The notes under the pieces were generated by a model. It was not told the DNA's origin and did not search any database. It saw only the letters and a program-made list of their open reading frames with translations. Both the position numbers and the translations under genes were made by a program. A stretch of 64,000 nt of DNA, taken from positions 4,064,001 through 4,128,000 of the forward strand of contig CP181291.1 in the NCBI GenBank assembly GCA_052279835.1, read 5' to 3'. Position 1 is the stretch's first letter. Each line of letters starts with the position of its first letter. The DNA is from Microcoleus sp. GTDB taxonomy: Bacteria > Cyanobacteriota > Cyanobacteriia > Cyanobacteriales > Microcoleaceae. Below, in pieces: positions 22,782 through 33,911 of the stretch.

Positions 22782-23000
22782 GGGAATTGGGAATTGGGAA
22801 TTGGGAATTGGGAATTGGGAATTGAGGAACCCCCCCCTCGCCCCCCCCAAGGGGGGAATTGGGAATTGGGAATTGGGAATTGGGAATTGAGGAACCCCCC
22901 CCTCGCCCCCCCCAAGGGGGGAATTGGGAATTGGGAATTGGGAATTGGGAATTGAGGAACCCCCCCTCGCCCCCCCCAAGGGGGGAATTGGGAATTGGTA
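22782..23000. repeat. Composite tandem array: GGGAATT heptamers alternating with a C-rich/G-rich palindrome, three units
   Basis: (GGGAATT)n-GAGGAACCCCCCC(C)TCGCCCCCCCCAAGGGGGG seen three times. Confidence 0.93.
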
Positions 23001-23015
23001 ACCAATAACCACTGA

Positions 23016-26000
23016 CTACTGACTAATTTGTTCGATCGGCAGTTCAATGATAAACTCTGCTCCTTGACCAGGTGCTGACACGCAACTAAGTTTACCATTG
23101 TGTTCGGTAACAACTTTGTGGGAAATTGAAAGACCTAAACCGGTACCTTTTCCGGCTGGCTTAGTGGTAAAAAAAGCCTCGAATAATTGTTGGGAAACTT
23201 CTTCCGGCATACCGGGACCGTTATCGGAAATCCTAATTATAGCCTTGGAGTTTTGGACTTCTGTTTTAATTTTAATTTTGCTGCGGTTAGCTTTAGCTTC
23301 CGCCACGGAGCGTCCCTCATTGTACTCCTCGATCGCGTCGATCGCATTTCCGATCAAATTCATAAATACCTGATTGATTTTTCCAGCATAACATTCAACC
23401 AAAGGCAAGTTTCCATACTCCTTAATTACGGTAATTTCAGGATAGCCACCACGGGCTCGGAGCCGACTTTGGAGAATCAACAGCGTCCCGTCAATCCCTT
23501 CGTGGAGATTAACGCTGCTCATTTTATGATCGTCTTTGCGGGAAAAAATTTGGAGCGATCGCACTATTTCCCGAATGCGATCGGCTCCAACTTGCATGGA
23601 GGACATTGCTTTTGGTAAATCTTCTAACAGAAAATCTAGTTCTATCTCCTCTATTTTATCTTGAATGATTGTCGGTGGCTCCGAGAATTGAGCCTGGTAA
23701 ACAGCGAGCAAATCTAGCAAATCTTCCGTGTAGTGACTGAGGTGAACTAGATTACCACAAACGCTGCTGACAGGATTATTAATTTCGTGAGCAACACCAG
23801 CAACCATTTGACCGAGAGTAGACATTTTTTCAGTATGAATTAACACGGCTTGAGTTTGTCGCAATTCGTGCAAAGTGTGTTCTAGCTGCTGCTTTTGTTC
23901 AGTTAGCTCAGTTTGCGATCGCAGCAAAGCTTCTTCACTGCGCTTTTGTTCAGAAATATCAGTAATTAATCCTTCCAAAGCTATCAATTCTCCCGACTCT
24001 GAAAACACTCCCAAACCCTGTTCCCAAACCCATTTTACCTCCCCGGTTTTAGAAGTAATTCGATAGGTTAGTTGATAAGGTCGATTTTCCAGTACAGCCA
24101 CTTGGACGGCGTTCCACAAAATATCGCGATCCTCCGGGTGAGTCAATTCCGACAGAGAAATTTTCCTAGTCCCAATAAACTCATCAGGAGAATAACCAGC
24201 TAACTGATAGCAACCCTCGCTCACAAACTCTACACTGCGATCGTCATTACGAAAACGATAGGCCATTCCCGGCAAATTGCTCATCAATGTAGCCAAGGTT
24301 CGTTGGCTTTCCCGTAGGGCTTCTTCTGCGTGTTTGCGATCGGTAATATCAGTCATTACCGCCAGCATACAAAGTTCGCCGTCCAAATCAATCAACTCTG
24401 CTGATAGCAAACACACCACCACCGCACCCGACTTAACACGAAATTCGTATTCGTGATTGCTAACCACACCTTTTTCTTGCAAAATGCTCCTAAACTTGAC
24501 TCTTTCTTCTGGGTTAACCCAAATATTTAATTGTGGTACCGTATAAGCCAGGGCCTCTTCTAAAGAATAACCAATCATCGATAAAAAACTATCATTAACC
24601 TCAATTAACCGCCCATCAGCAAAAGTAGTAATAGTCATCGGATCTGGACTCGAACGAAAAGCCTTAGAAAATTTTTCTTCCGACCAACGCAACTGTTTAA
24701 TAGCTGATTCCAACTCACTTGTGCGCTCTTGAACTCGGCATTCCAACACCTCATTAGCTTGCTTCAGAGCCTCTTGGGCCTGCACCCGTTCGGTGATATC
24801 TCGCACCACCGCTTGCAACCCCATTTTGCCACAAATATCCATAGAAGTTAACAGCACTTCTGCGGGAAACACCGAACCATCTAACCGGGAATGTAGCCAG
24901 TCAAAACGGCAGTTTCCAGATTTCAAAGCTGTATTAATTCGCTCTTGAGATAAGCTAGCAGAATCTTGTCCGTTCGGTTGCATTAGCGGGCTTAATTCCG
25001 AGGGATGCTTACCACAAAATTCTGTTTCATTGGTGCATCCAAACAACTTTAAAGTTGCTGGATTGCAGTCCAAAAAACCTGTTTCATCTAACAGCATTAC
25101 CGCGTCGCTAGTCGATTCGTACAGAGTGCGAAACTTTTTTTCCGACTCTTGCAAAGAAGCAATCAACCGCATCTTTTCCTCTGTCGCCCGTTTTTGCTCA
25201 GTAATGTCCTGTACTACTTGAGAAAATCCCTGTAACTCTCCCTGTTCGTTACGCACAGCATTGACAATAATATTTGCCCAAAATCTAGTGCCGTCTTGAC
25301 GCATCCGCCAGCCTTCATTTTCATATCTACCTTCAGCAGCAGCTATCAATAATTTTTTCTGTGGCTTGCCAAGTTTAATATGTTCTTGTGTGTAAAAGCA
25401 TTGAGAATGTTGACCGATTATTTCACTAGAAGTGTAGCCAAAAATCCTTTCAGCACCAGAATTCCAACTCGCTACATACCCTTCGGGGTTTAACATAAAT
25501 ATGGCATAATCTTTAACACCTTCAATTACTAAACGCAGTCTTTCCTCACTTTCTCTAAGAGCATATTCTGCTTGTTTTCTCTGGGTAATATCTTCCACAA
25601 AACCTTCGTAGTAAAGCAATTTACCAGATTCATCACAGACGGCACGGGCATTTTCTGAAATCCAAATTATCGTCCCGTCTTGGCGATGAATCTGCGATTC
25701 AAAATCTGAAACGCTACCATTATTTTGCAAATCCGAAACAAACTCGTCACGTCGTCTTGGATCGACATAAAGCTGGTCGCTAATGTCGGTTAATCCAGTG
25801 ATTAATTCGGCTGGGGAGTTATAGCCGTAGATGCGAGCCAAAGCTGGGTTGGCGCTGATGTAGCGACCATCAATGGTTGTTTGAAAAATACCAGAAATAG
25901 CATTTTCAAACATACTGTAATATTTGGCTTCCATTTCCTGTAGTGCCTCCTCAATTTCTTCTCGATACATATTTTTTATGTGTGGTTTTTTAGTGGTCAT
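23016..26000 (-). CDS. Multi-PAS sensor histidine kinase
   Basis: About five PAS/PAC modules (EDITQRK, QDITEQK, RDITER, TDITDRK, TDISEQK); AHEINNPV; DNGPG; GTGLGL. Confidence 0.92.
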   Translation of the reverse strand: MTTKKPHIKNMYREEIEEALQEMEAKYYSMFENAISGIFQTTIDGRYISANPALARIYGYNSPAELITGLTDISDQLYVDPRRRDEFVSDLQNNGSVSDFESQIHRQDGTIIWISENARAVCDESGKLLYYEGFVEDITQRKQAEYALRESEERLRLVIEGVKDYAIFMLNPEGYVASWNSGAERIFGYTSSEIIGQHSQCFYTQEHIKLGKPQKKLLIAAAEGRYENEGWRMRQDGTRFWANIIVNAVRNEQGELQGFSQVVQDITEQKRATEEKMRLIASLQESEKKFRTLYESTSDAVMLLDETGFLDCNPATLKLFGCTNETEFCGKHPSELSPLMQPNGQDSASLSQERINTALKSGNCRFDWLHSRLDGSVFPAEVLLTSMDICGKMGLQAVVRDITERVQAQEALKQANEVLECRVQERTSELESAIKQLRWSEEKFSKAFRSSPDPMTITTFADGRLIEVNDSFLSMIGYSLEEALAYTVPQLNIWVNPEERVKFRSILQEKGVVSNHEYEFRVKSGAVVVCLLSAELIDLDGELCMLAVMTDITDRKHAEEALRESQRTLATLMSNLPGMAYRFRNDDRSVEFVSEGCYQLAGYSPDEFIGTRKISLSELTHPEDRDILWNAVQVAVLENRPYQLTYRITSKTGEVKWVWEQGLGVFSESGELIALEGLITDISEQKRSEEALLRSQTELTEQKQQLEHTLHELRQTQAVLIHTEKMSTLGQMVAGVAHEINNPVSSVCGNLVHLSHYTEDLLDLLAVYQAQFSEPPTIIQDKIEEIELDFLLEDLPKAMSSMQVGADRIREIVRSLQIFSRKDDHKMSSVNLHEGIDGTLLILQSRLRARGGYPEITVIKEYGNLPLVECYAGKINQVFMNLIGNAIDAIEEYNEGRSVAEAKANRSKIKIKTEVQNSKAIIRISDNGPGMPEEVSQQLFEAFFTTKPAGKGTGLGLSISHKVVTEHNGKLSCVSAPGQGAEFIIELPIEQISQ

Positions 26001-26038
26001 TTTTTATACCCTGCTTTTGTTATCTTAATTTAATATTT

Positions 26039-26160
26039 GGGAAGCATCCCGATTTTGCATAGGCGAAGCATGACCGCAGTAAATCTCTGGTTATAACTAA
26101 TAAATTGTCTGCGGTCATGCTTCGCCCCTACGAATATATTTACAAAACACAGATGCACCC
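26039..26160. repeat. GTAG-type REP/MITE-like element
   Basis: GGCGAAGCATGACCGCAG...CTGCGGTCATGCTTCGCC-CCTAC 18-bp inverted repeat. Confidence 0.7.
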
Positions 26161-26592
26161 AATATTTGTGGCGAGCCATGAGTCACAATTTAATGGTTAA
26201 TTAGGCTTTCGCATACCTACTGTGTGACTATTAACTATTTTCGATAATAGATAACATAGCCGATCCCTAGGTAGTTTGCACAAAGCTGGTGTTGCTCTGT
26301 AAAATTGGCACAACCGAGGGGCAATAGTTGTATCAAAAAATTCATATTGGACTACTGCTGGTGTGTTCTTTCTGTAGTGCTACTAACATTTTGCCAGAAG
26401 TTTCAGCGCTGTGGTGTAAAACGCGGCCCGGAACTCTGCTAAAATCCCGATCGACTCTCGGTTTGGTAGACAAGCTCGATCGCCATTCTCCGAAACAGAC
26501 CGGGCTGCTTGTTCCCAATTGCGATCGCCTGCAAACGCTACAGGTTGCGGGAGCAATTGTTAAATTGTTCAATTCTTCAATCCTTCAATCCC

Positions 26593-27639
26593 ATGACTGA
26601 TTCTCCTCTGTGGCCTAGTTTGCTGCAACAATTGTTAGACAAACAATCTCTCTCACGCGCCACCTCCGCCAACCTGATGCAGGGATGGCTGAATGAAGAC
26701 ATTCCCCCCGTACTCTCCGGCGCGATTTTAGCAGCCCTCCAAGCCAAAGGAATCTGTGCCACAGAATTAGCGGGCATGGCTCAGGTATTGCAGTCTCAAT
26801 CCCTCCCAGGAGATTTGGATTCGATTTCCCCCACTTCACTACCTTTAATTGATACTTGCGGCACAGGTGGCGACGGCGCTTCCACCTTTAACATTTCCAC
26901 TGCTGTCGCTTTTGTCGCCGCCGCCGGCAAAGTGCGAGTGGCGAAACACGGAAATCGATCGGCATCAAGTAAAGTAGGTTCCGCTGACGTCTTGGAAGCA
27001 CTCGGAGTCAACCTCAACGCAGATTTCCAAAAAGTAAAGGCGGCAGTAGACGAAGTAGGTATCACCTTTTTATTTGCGCCTGGGTGGCATCCCGCACTCA
27101 AGGCTGTAGCATCGCTCCGGCGCACTTTGAAAGTACGGACTGTTTTTAACCTCTTGGGACCTCTCGTCAATCCTATGCGCCCTACAGGTCAGGTAATTGG
27201 GGTGTTCGATCGCACTCTGGTATCAACTATTGCCGAAGCTTTAGGCGAGTTGGGGACTGAGTTAGCCGTAGTCATTCATGGCAGAGAAAAGCTGGATGAA
27301 GCTGGTTTGGGAGATGTTTCAGACTTGGCGGTTTTGTCCAACGGTAAAGTAGAAGTAACCACTTTAGATGCTAGAAAAGTAGGATTGACACCCTGTGCGA
27401 TCGGCTGTTTAAAAGGGGGAAATGTTGAAGAAAATTCGGAAATTTTGCGAAACGTGCTTCAGGGTAAGGGAACGGAGCCACAAATGGATGTTGTGGCTTT
27501 GAATGCGTCCTTAGCTCTTCAGGTGGGAGGTGCAATTCCTGTTGGCTATCATCAAGCAGGGGTGGTTTTAGCTAAGGAAATTTTATTGAGTGGAGAACCT
27601 TGGTTGAAGTTACAAGAGTTGGTGGAATTTTTGAAATGA
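26593..27639 (+). CDS. trpD: Anthranilate phosphoribosyltransferase
   Basis: [40 protein letters not shown]. Confidence 0.96.
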   Translation: MTDSPLWPSLLQQLLDKQSLSRATSANLMQGWLNEDIPPVLSGAILAALQAKGICATELAGMAQVLQSQSLPGDLDSISPTSLPLIDTCGTGGDGASTFNISTAVAFVAAAGKVRVAKHGNRSASSKVGSADVLEALGVNLNADFQKVKAAVDEVGITFLFAPGWHPALKAVASLRRTLKVRTVFNLLGPLVNPMRPTGQVIGVFDRTLVSTIAEALGELGTELAVVIHGREKLDEAGLGDVSDLAVLSNGKVEVTTLDARKVGLTPCAIGCLKGGNVEENSEILRNVLQGKGTEPQMDVVALNASLALQVGGAIPVGYHQAGVVLAKEILLSGEPWLKLQELVEFLK

Positions 27640-27693
27640 AGTTATTAGTCTCTTGACTGTTGTTAAAAATAACAAATAACAACTAACTCATTC

Positions 27694-28338
27694 CTAAGAT
27701 CTATCTCTAAATTCAATCACATCTTGCTTAATCGTCACATCTTTATCACCAAAAAAGTCGTGACCCAAAAGCCCGATCTCCAAAGACGGCGAAATTGCTA
27801 CAACTACATTTTTAATAGCCAAACCTCCGGCTTGAATAGAAGTGAGGCGACCGAGTGGAAAAGTAGCCTCTCCGTTGGGAGTTTTTGCTTGCACTGTCCC
27901 CTGGGGAACTACCCCCAAGGCTTTAGCCATGGCTGGTGTAATTACTGTGCCACTGGCTCCCGAATCTACCATCATATCGAACTTTTGTATGCCGTTAAAC
28001 GTGACTTCTATAACCGGGATATTCGCCTCTCGACGTTTGATTTTTGCCTGAAATACTCCAGACTTAGCTGCTGTGGGAGCAACAGGAGTCAATTCTTTGG
28101 GGAGAAAACCGCACACCGATTGGCTTAAGTTGACAGTTCGCCCCGAGGAGCTGCGCATGAAGCATCCCTCAGTTTCTTGAGCCACTGCTCGCGATGAGTT
28201 TGACCCCCAATCAACTAAGATGGAACTACTTACAGAAATAACGGCTGTTAAAACCAGTAACGGTTTGCGTAGTTTTGGAGCGTGCCGTTGATGGTTGTAT
28301 AAGTTTGAGAGTAAAAGCTCCAGAGATTTGCTAGTCAT
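27694..28338 (-). CDS. Retropepsin-like aspartic protease with an N-terminal hydrophobic segment
   Basis: MMVDSGAS catalytic motif; LLGHDFF. Confidence 0.82.
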   Translation of the reverse strand: MTSKSLELLLSNLYNHQRHAPKLRKPLLVLTAVISVSSSILVDWGSNSSRAVAQETEGCFMRSSSGRTVNLSQSVCGFLPKELTPVAPTAAKSGVFQAKIKRREANIPVIEVTFNGIQKFDMMVDSGASGTVITPAMAKALGVVPQGTVQAKTPNGEATFPLGRLTSIQAGGLAIKNVVVAISPSLEIGLLGHDFFGDKDVTIKQDVIEFRDRS

Positions 28339-28582
28339 AATTTATGGAAATGCTGTAGCTCGATCCTAACAGCGGCAACCCCCAATTGGTATAGATTTCG
28401 CCGTTGCGATCGCCTAGCCTCATCAGTATTACAAAAGTTCGATCGACCCCATCGAGGCTGGTTGCTTTCCCAGACAGAAAGTTGTATAGCAGAAATTTGA
28501 CATAATATTTGTATTTTGCCGGCTAGCATCAAATCCCCGGCAGTGATAAGAATGAAACCAGACGACAGTAATTAAGGATGCC

Positions 28583-29737
28583 ATGTCACTTTCAACTGCA
28601 CAACCCGCTCTCCTAGTCCTCGCTGATGGTACTGCTTACCGCGGCTGGTCCTTTGGCGCTCACGGCACAGTCGTCGGCGAAGTAGTATTCAATACAGGGA
28701 TGACGGGCTATCAAGAAGTCTTGACAGACCCTAGTTATTCGGGACAAATCGTAACTTTTACTTATCCAGAATTGGGCAATACCGGGGTAAATCTCGAAGA
28801 TGAAGAATCTTCCCACCCCCATATTCGAGCAGCCATCGCTCGTAATATATGCACTCGCCCTAGCAACTGGCGATCGTCCCAATCTCTCCCAGACTACCTC
28901 AAACAGTACAATATCCCAGGAATTTACGGCATCGACACCCGCGCCCTGACTCGCAAAATTCGCACCGTAGGAGCAGTCAACGGTGGTATTTCTACCTCGA
29001 TTCTCGACCCTGCCGAGCTTTTGGAGCAAGTGCAAGACGCCCCCACCATGGACGGGCTAAATCTGGTTCGGGAAGTGACTACCCGCGAGGTGTATGAGTG
29101 GTCTGAACCCACAGCATCGGTTTGGGAATTTAGTCCCACAGTCAAACCCGCCAGTGGTGAAATGTGGACGGTGGTGGCCCTAGATTTTGGTATCAAACGC
29201 AACATTCTACGGCGTTTGGCCAGTTACGGCTGTCGAGTAATTGTTGTCCCCGCAAACACCAGCCCAGAGGAAATCCTCAAGTACAACCCAGACGGCATTT
29301 TTCTGTCCAATGGCCCTGGAGACCCTTCGGCGGTAACGGAAGGAATCGAGACGGCCAAGGCTTTGTTAAAGTCGGACAAACCTGTGTTCGGGATCTGCAT
29401 GGGACACCAGATTTTAGGACTTTCCTTGGGTGCCGAAACTTTTAAACTCAAGTTTGGGCACCGGGGATTGAATCACCCGGCGGGTTTAACGGAGCAAGTG
29501 GAAATTACTAGCCAAAATCACGGTTTTGCCATCGACCCTGAGTCGTTAGTTCCCGAAGTAGAAATTACTCACCTCAACTTGAACGATCGCACCGTAGCAG
29601 GATTGAAGCACAAAACCCTGCCACTGTTCTCAGTCCAGTACCACCCCGAAGCCAGTCCGGGTCCCCATGATGCCGACTATTTGTTCGATCGATTCGTGCA
29701 GTCCATGCGAGAAAATCAGAAAGTAGCCGTTAAGTAG
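28583..29737 (+). CDS. carA: Carbamoyl-phosphate synthase small subunit
   Basis: [40 protein letters not shown]. Confidence 0.97.
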   Translation: MSLSTAQPALLVLADGTAYRGWSFGAHGTVVGEVVFNTGMTGYQEVLTDPSYSGQIVTFTYPELGNTGVNLEDEESSHPHIRAAIARNICTRPSNWRSSQSLPDYLKQYNIPGIYGIDTRALTRKIRTVGAVNGGISTSILDPAELLEQVQDAPTMDGLNLVREVTTREVYEWSEPTASVWEFSPTVKPASGEMWTVVALDFGIKRNILRRLASYGCRVIVVPANTSPEEILKYNPDGIFLSNGPGDPSAVTEGIETAKALLKSDKPVFGICMGHQILGLSLGAETFKLKFGHRGLNHPAGLTEQVEITSQNHGFAIDPESLVPEVEITHLNLNDRTVAGLKHKTLPLFSVQYHPEASPGPHDADYLFDRFVQSMRENQKVAVK

Positions 29738-29906
29738 TCAGTAGTCAGCGGTCATTGGTCAACAGTCAACAGTCAACAGTCAGCTAACCAATAACCAATA
29801 ACTAATGACCAATGACTAATGACTAATGACTAAACAGTAGACAAAAAACCAAAAAACTCCTACAATGAAACCTCGACTTTAAGCAATATCTAGCTAGGAG
29901 GGTGTC

Positions 29907-30275
29907 ATTTCTGAGCAATTGAACCTGACCGTTAGCCTCAGAGGCACTCGCGAAGTCGGGAATAACTATCAGCTATTTCGCCTGACAGGTCTGCTGGACG
30001 CTTTTTCCGAGGCTACTTTTCGGAAGGTACTGACCAAATGTATTGAGGATGGTCCAAAACACGTAATTTTAGACTTGTCTAAAATTGACTTTGTGGATAG
30101 TTCAGGCTTGGGAGCCCTTGTGCAACTTGTCAAGAAAGCCCAAAGTTTTGACGGGACATTGCAAATTGTTTCCAATCCCCGCGTAACTCAGACAGTTAAA
30201 CTGGTTCGCTTAGAGAAATTTTTGGCTTTGCAGCCGAATGTGGATGATGCCATAAAAAACGTCAAGGATGCTTGA
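29907..30275 (+). CDS. STAS-domain anti-sigma-factor antagonist; start ATT 29907 or TTG 29919
   Basis: VILDLSKIDFVDSSGLGALV; GGAGG at 29897-29901. Confidence 0.88.
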   Translation: MSEQLNLTVSLRGTREVGNNYQLFRLTGLLDAFSEATFRKVLTKCIEDGPKHVILDLSKIDFVDSSGLGALVQLVKKAQSFDGTLQIVSNPRVTQTVKLVRLEKFLALQPNVDDAIKNVKDA

Positions 30276-30501
30276 CGAATAATTGGATGAGATTAGCTAT
30301 CCGGTTCTGACAACTGGATAGCAAATTCTTATGTTTGTCAGGAGACAAAGAATCTGTGGTAAATACCTGAAAAAATGGTATAATCCTACAACATATGTTC
30401 AACAATAAAGCTTAGGGAAGTATCAAGTTAAAACGAGCCTTGTGATACCAGATTAGTAAGTGACTAGAAAAAAAACTGTGCGGAAGTTTGATTAAAAAAG
30501 T

Positions 30502-30948
30502 ATGTCGCCGATCGCAGATAATGGACAAAAGCTGAGTTTTAGTGATATCAGTGTCAATCAATTACATCCTGGGATGGTGACATCAGCAGCAATGGAAAGG
30601 CTGTCGCCAGCAGCTTGGGCTTACTTGGGAGATGCAGTATACGAACTATACGTTAGGACTTTGTACTTAGTTCCGCCCAAAAAAATGCAAACTTATCATC
30701 AATTGGTGGTGGGACAAGTACGAGCCGAAACTCAAGCGCGTCATTTGCGATCGATCGCTCCTTATTTGAACAGCACAGAATTAGCAATTGTCAAACGCGG
30801 CCGCAATGCTGCTGCAAGCCGTTCCACACGGGCAGATCCAGAGATTTACCAACAAGCTAGCAGCTTAGAAACCTTGGTGGGATACTTATACCTCACCGAT
30901 CCCGAAAGATTGACCCTACTTATGGCACTTTTAGAAATTGAAAGTTAA
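30502..30948 (+). CDS. mrnC: Mini-ribonuclease III
   Basis: AYLGDAVYELYVR, KRGRNA, LETLVGYLY; lies upstream of rlmB. Confidence 0.9.
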   Translation: MSPIADNGQKLSFSDISVNQLHPGMVTSAAMERLSPAAWAYLGDAVYELYVRTLYLVPPKKMQTYHQLVVGQVRAETQARHLRSIAPYLNSTELAIVKRGRNAAASRSTRADPEIYQQASSLETLVGYLYLTDPERLTLLMALLEIES

Positions 30949-31197
30949 CGGTTTTAGCGATTAGAAATTACAAGTAGCGAATTATTACTTAAAAAGCCTG
31001 CCATCGCCTACCAATAATTGCCAAAATCCTTCTCAGGTAAAGAGGATTTATGAGTAATAAATTAGCAACGAAAAACAGCAAGATCCTCAAATCAGAACCA
31101 ATCTAAAATCTCAAAAGTCCCAGAGCGATCGGTCAATCAAAAAATCAAAAAATCCTTGGCATTAAGCCAAAACCAGTTTTACAGCCAGCACAAACAA

Positions 31198-32595
31198 ATG
31201 AGAAAATTTACTAGACCAAACCCCCAAGGGTCCAAGCGCGACAGCAGACCATTCAACAGTGAAGGCCGCGGTGAGGATTCGTCACCATCTCCCCGTTTTG
31301 AACGTAAACCCCGTCCAGACACTCGCTCCGTAGCAGCACCTCAAAAGCGATCGAGCTTTACCCCACAACCGCAAGAAATGCCCGTGCGATCGGTTTATAA
31401 ACGCAACTTAAACTCCGAGGACAAACCCGAACTGCGAAAAAATAATCACTTCAGAGACAGAGACAGTAGCCCCCAAGAATTTCGTGGCAATCGTTTCAGA
31501 GACAGAGACAGTAGCCCCCAAGAATTTCGTGGCAATCGTTTCAGAAACAGAGACAACAGCCCCCAAGAATTTCGCGACAATAGCTTCAGAGACAGAGACA
31601 GCAGCCCCCAGGAACCCCGCGACAATCGTTTCAGAGACAGAGACAACAGCCCCCAAGAATTTCGTGGCAATCGTTTTAGAGACAGAGACAACAGCCCCCA
31701 GGAATCCCGTGGCAATTACTATAAAAACAGAGACAACAGCCCCCAGGAATCCCGTGGCAATTATTACAAAAACAGAGACAGTGGTGCGGTTGAGCCTGGA
31801 AGCAACACCGTAGTACAACCAGAAGCAGACACAGACATGATTTACGGACGCCATGCTGTGCAGGCGGCCCTCGAAGCAAACCAAGTGCTCAACCGGATCT
31901 GGGTTGTGCCACATCTGCGCTACGATCCCCGCTTTCACAGCTTGCTAACCGAAGCCAAGTCCAACGGTAGCATCATCGACGAAGTGGACGATTTGCGACT
32001 GGACTACATCACGCGCAAAGCGAACCATCAAGGTGTAGCAGCTCAAATATCAGCCCACGAATACCTGGATTTGAGTGAACTAATCGCCAAGGCTAAATCT
32101 GCTGCGGAACATCCGGTAATTGTGGTAGCAGAAGGACTCAACGATCCCCACAATTTAGGGGCAATTATTCGCACAGCAGAAGCATTGGGCACTCAGGGCG
32201 TAGTGATACCCCAGCGGCGGGCGGTGGGGATTACCTCCGCGGTTAGAAAAGTGGCCGCTGGCGCCTTGGAAAATTTACCCGTAGCGAGGGTGGTCAATCT
32301 CAGTCGGGCTTTGGAAGAATTGAAAGAGGCTGGATTTTGGATTTACGGCACTGCCGCTACGGCCAGTCAATCGGTAGAGACAGTGAATTTCTCCGGGCCC
32401 ACGGTTTTAGTTGTAGGTGGTGAAGCTGACGGTTTGAGCCTTTTGATACAGCGCGGCTGTGATGGATTAGTTTCAATTCCATTAAGGGGCAATACACCAA
32501 GCCTGAATGTCTCCGTAGCAACGGGCATGGCTTTATATGAAATTTACCGCCAGCGCGGACCCAAGAAGTTTCATGTACACAGCTCGTCAAAGTAA
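31198..32595 (+). CDS. rlmB: 23S rRNA (guanosine-2251-2'-O)-methyltransferase with a long repetitive N-terminal extension
   Basis: [37 protein letters not shown]. Confidence 0.93.
   Translation: MRKFTRPNPQGSKRDSRPFNSEGRGEDSSPSPRFERKPRPDTRSVAAPQKRSSFTPQPQEMPVRSVYKRNLNSEDKPELRKNNHFRDRDSSPQEFRGNRFRDRDSSPQEFRGNRFRNRDNSPQEFRDNSFRDRDSSPQEPRDNRFRDRDNSPQEFRGNRFRDRDNSPQESRGNYYKNRDNSPQESRGNYYKNRDSGAVEPGSNTVVQPEADTDMIYGRHAVQAALEANQVLNRIWVVPHLRYDPRFHSLLTEAKSNGSIIDEVDDLRLDYITRKANHQGVAAQISAHEYLDLSELIAKAKSAAEHPVIVVAEGLNDPHNLGAIIRTAEALGTQGVVIPQRRAVGITSAVRKVAAGALENLPVARVVNLSRALEELKEAGFWIYGTAATASQSVETVNFSGPTVLVVGGEADGLSLLIQRGCDGLVSIPLRGNTPSLNVSVATGMALYEIYRQRGPKKFHVHSSSK
31450..31782 (+). repeat. 45-bp coding tandem repeat, about 7 units ([15 protein letters not shown])
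   Basis: Visible in both DNA and translation. Confidence 0.93.
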
Positions 32596-33065
32596 TTAGT
32601 CCGATCGCCCCCTAAAGCCGGGGGCGATCGACCCCCAAGTTTCCCATTTTAGGTAATTTAAAAAAATGCCACACCTGATTAGAAAATTTCCTTCATATTA
32701 GAATAGGCATCACTCATTACCATGTGTACCTAACCTAACTGAGAGAGGCTATATAATTTTTTTTCAACTACGCCAATTATATCATCCGTAAAAAAAATTT
32801 GACAGGAGAGGATATCTCAACTACAATTCCATCCAAAAACCATGTCAGGGAACCCCAAACTATATAGCCTTAGCCGGCTGTAGAGGGGAGAGAAGGGGGT
32901 AGTAGTACCTCCCGTAAGGATTAATCCTTACAAAGGAGCTTGCTAGACAGGTGTATATATTTGTCTATAAAGCTTATAACTATTATAACAAAGTGTAAAT
33001 AACTAAGGCATCAGCCTTGCAGGCAGCACTCTGGAAAAAAAAAGTAAAATACATTACAAATCCCC

Positions 33066-33344
33066 ATGAAAGAACTCTTGATTAGCTTGCTCAACTTTTT
33101 CGGTTTAGCTTGGTGGGTGGAAGTTAAAACTGCATCGCCACGGTGCATTTACTATTTTGGCCCGTTTATGACCGCTAAAGAGGCCCAAGCTGCACAAACA
33201 GGATATGTAGAAGACATAGAAAATGAAGATGCTCAAGGTATTAGTGTTTCGATTCAACGTTGCAAACCTGTGAATTTGACAGTAGCAGATGACTTGGGAA
33301 AGCTTGGTGATCCAGGGATGTTCCCGGTTTTTAGCAGTCAGTAG
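33066..33344 (+). CDS. DUF1816-family protein
   Basis: AWWVEV.T..P.C.YYFGPF..GYVEDI..E. Confidence 0.82.
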   Translation: MKELLISLLNFFGLAWWVEVKTASPRCIYYFGPFMTAKEAQAAQTGYVEDIENEDAQGISVSIQRCKPVNLTVADDLGKLGDPGMFPVFSSQ

Positions 33345-33354
33345 CAGCAAGGGG

Positions 33355-33390
33355 AGTCAATAGTTTTGAAGACAAAACTATTGACTTTTT
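33355..33390 (+). terminator. Intrinsic terminator
   Basis: AGTCAATAGTTTTG-aaga-CAAAACTATTGACT stem followed by a T run, 10 nt after the stop codon. Confidence 0.65.
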
Positions 33391-33584
33391 GACCTCAAAT
33401 TGCTGGTGGCTAATAGGTAATGGGTAACGGGGAATGGTGAGCGGGTAATGGGACACAATTCCTAGCTGGCCGCTAAGCTGAACTCAGATTACCAATTACC
33501 TATTACCAATACCCTTGTTTTTCTTAGCAATGTTACAGCCCTGGAGATGGGGGGGTTACTTCTTCCTTTTTCCTTCTTCCTTCT

Positions 33585-33842
33585 TATCTCAATTCCGGTT
33601 TTATCGGAATGATTAAACCACAGAGAACACAGAGGACACAGAGAAAGAGAAGAGAGAAATAATAATTCCGATGTCAATGGATTTGATATTACTTCTTCCT
33701 TCTTCCTTCTTCCTTCTTCCTTCTTCCTTCTTCCTTCTTATCTCAATTCCGGTTTTATCGGAATGATTAAACCACAGAGAACACAGAGGACACAGAGAAA
33801 GAGAAGAGAGAAATAATAATTCCGATGTCAATGGATTTGATA
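33585..33842. repeat. Two direct copies (33585-33688, 33739-33842) of a 104-bp MITE-like element embedded in TTCCTTC heptamers
   Basis: Copies 154 bp apart; imperfect terminal inverted repeats; core ACCACAGAGAACACAGAGGACACAGAG. Confidence 0.88.
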
Positions 33843-33911
33843 TTACTTCTTCCTTCTTCCTTCTTCCTTCTTCCTTCTTCCTTCTTCCTTCTTCCTTCTT
33901 CCTTCTTCCTT

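Noticed and set aside
22782..23000. CRISPR-like periodic array
   Set aside because: The intervening sequences are identical heptamer runs, not unique spacers; no cas genes
31450..31782. CRISPR array or alternative-frame proteins
   Set aside because: Contiguous in-frame coding repeat of rlmB; other frames are open only because of the repeat
33560..33910. CRISPR-like repeat-spacer pattern and the two MTSELLF ORFs
   Set aside because: A duplicated MITE-like element within TTCCTTC runs; the ORFs are by-products of the repeat
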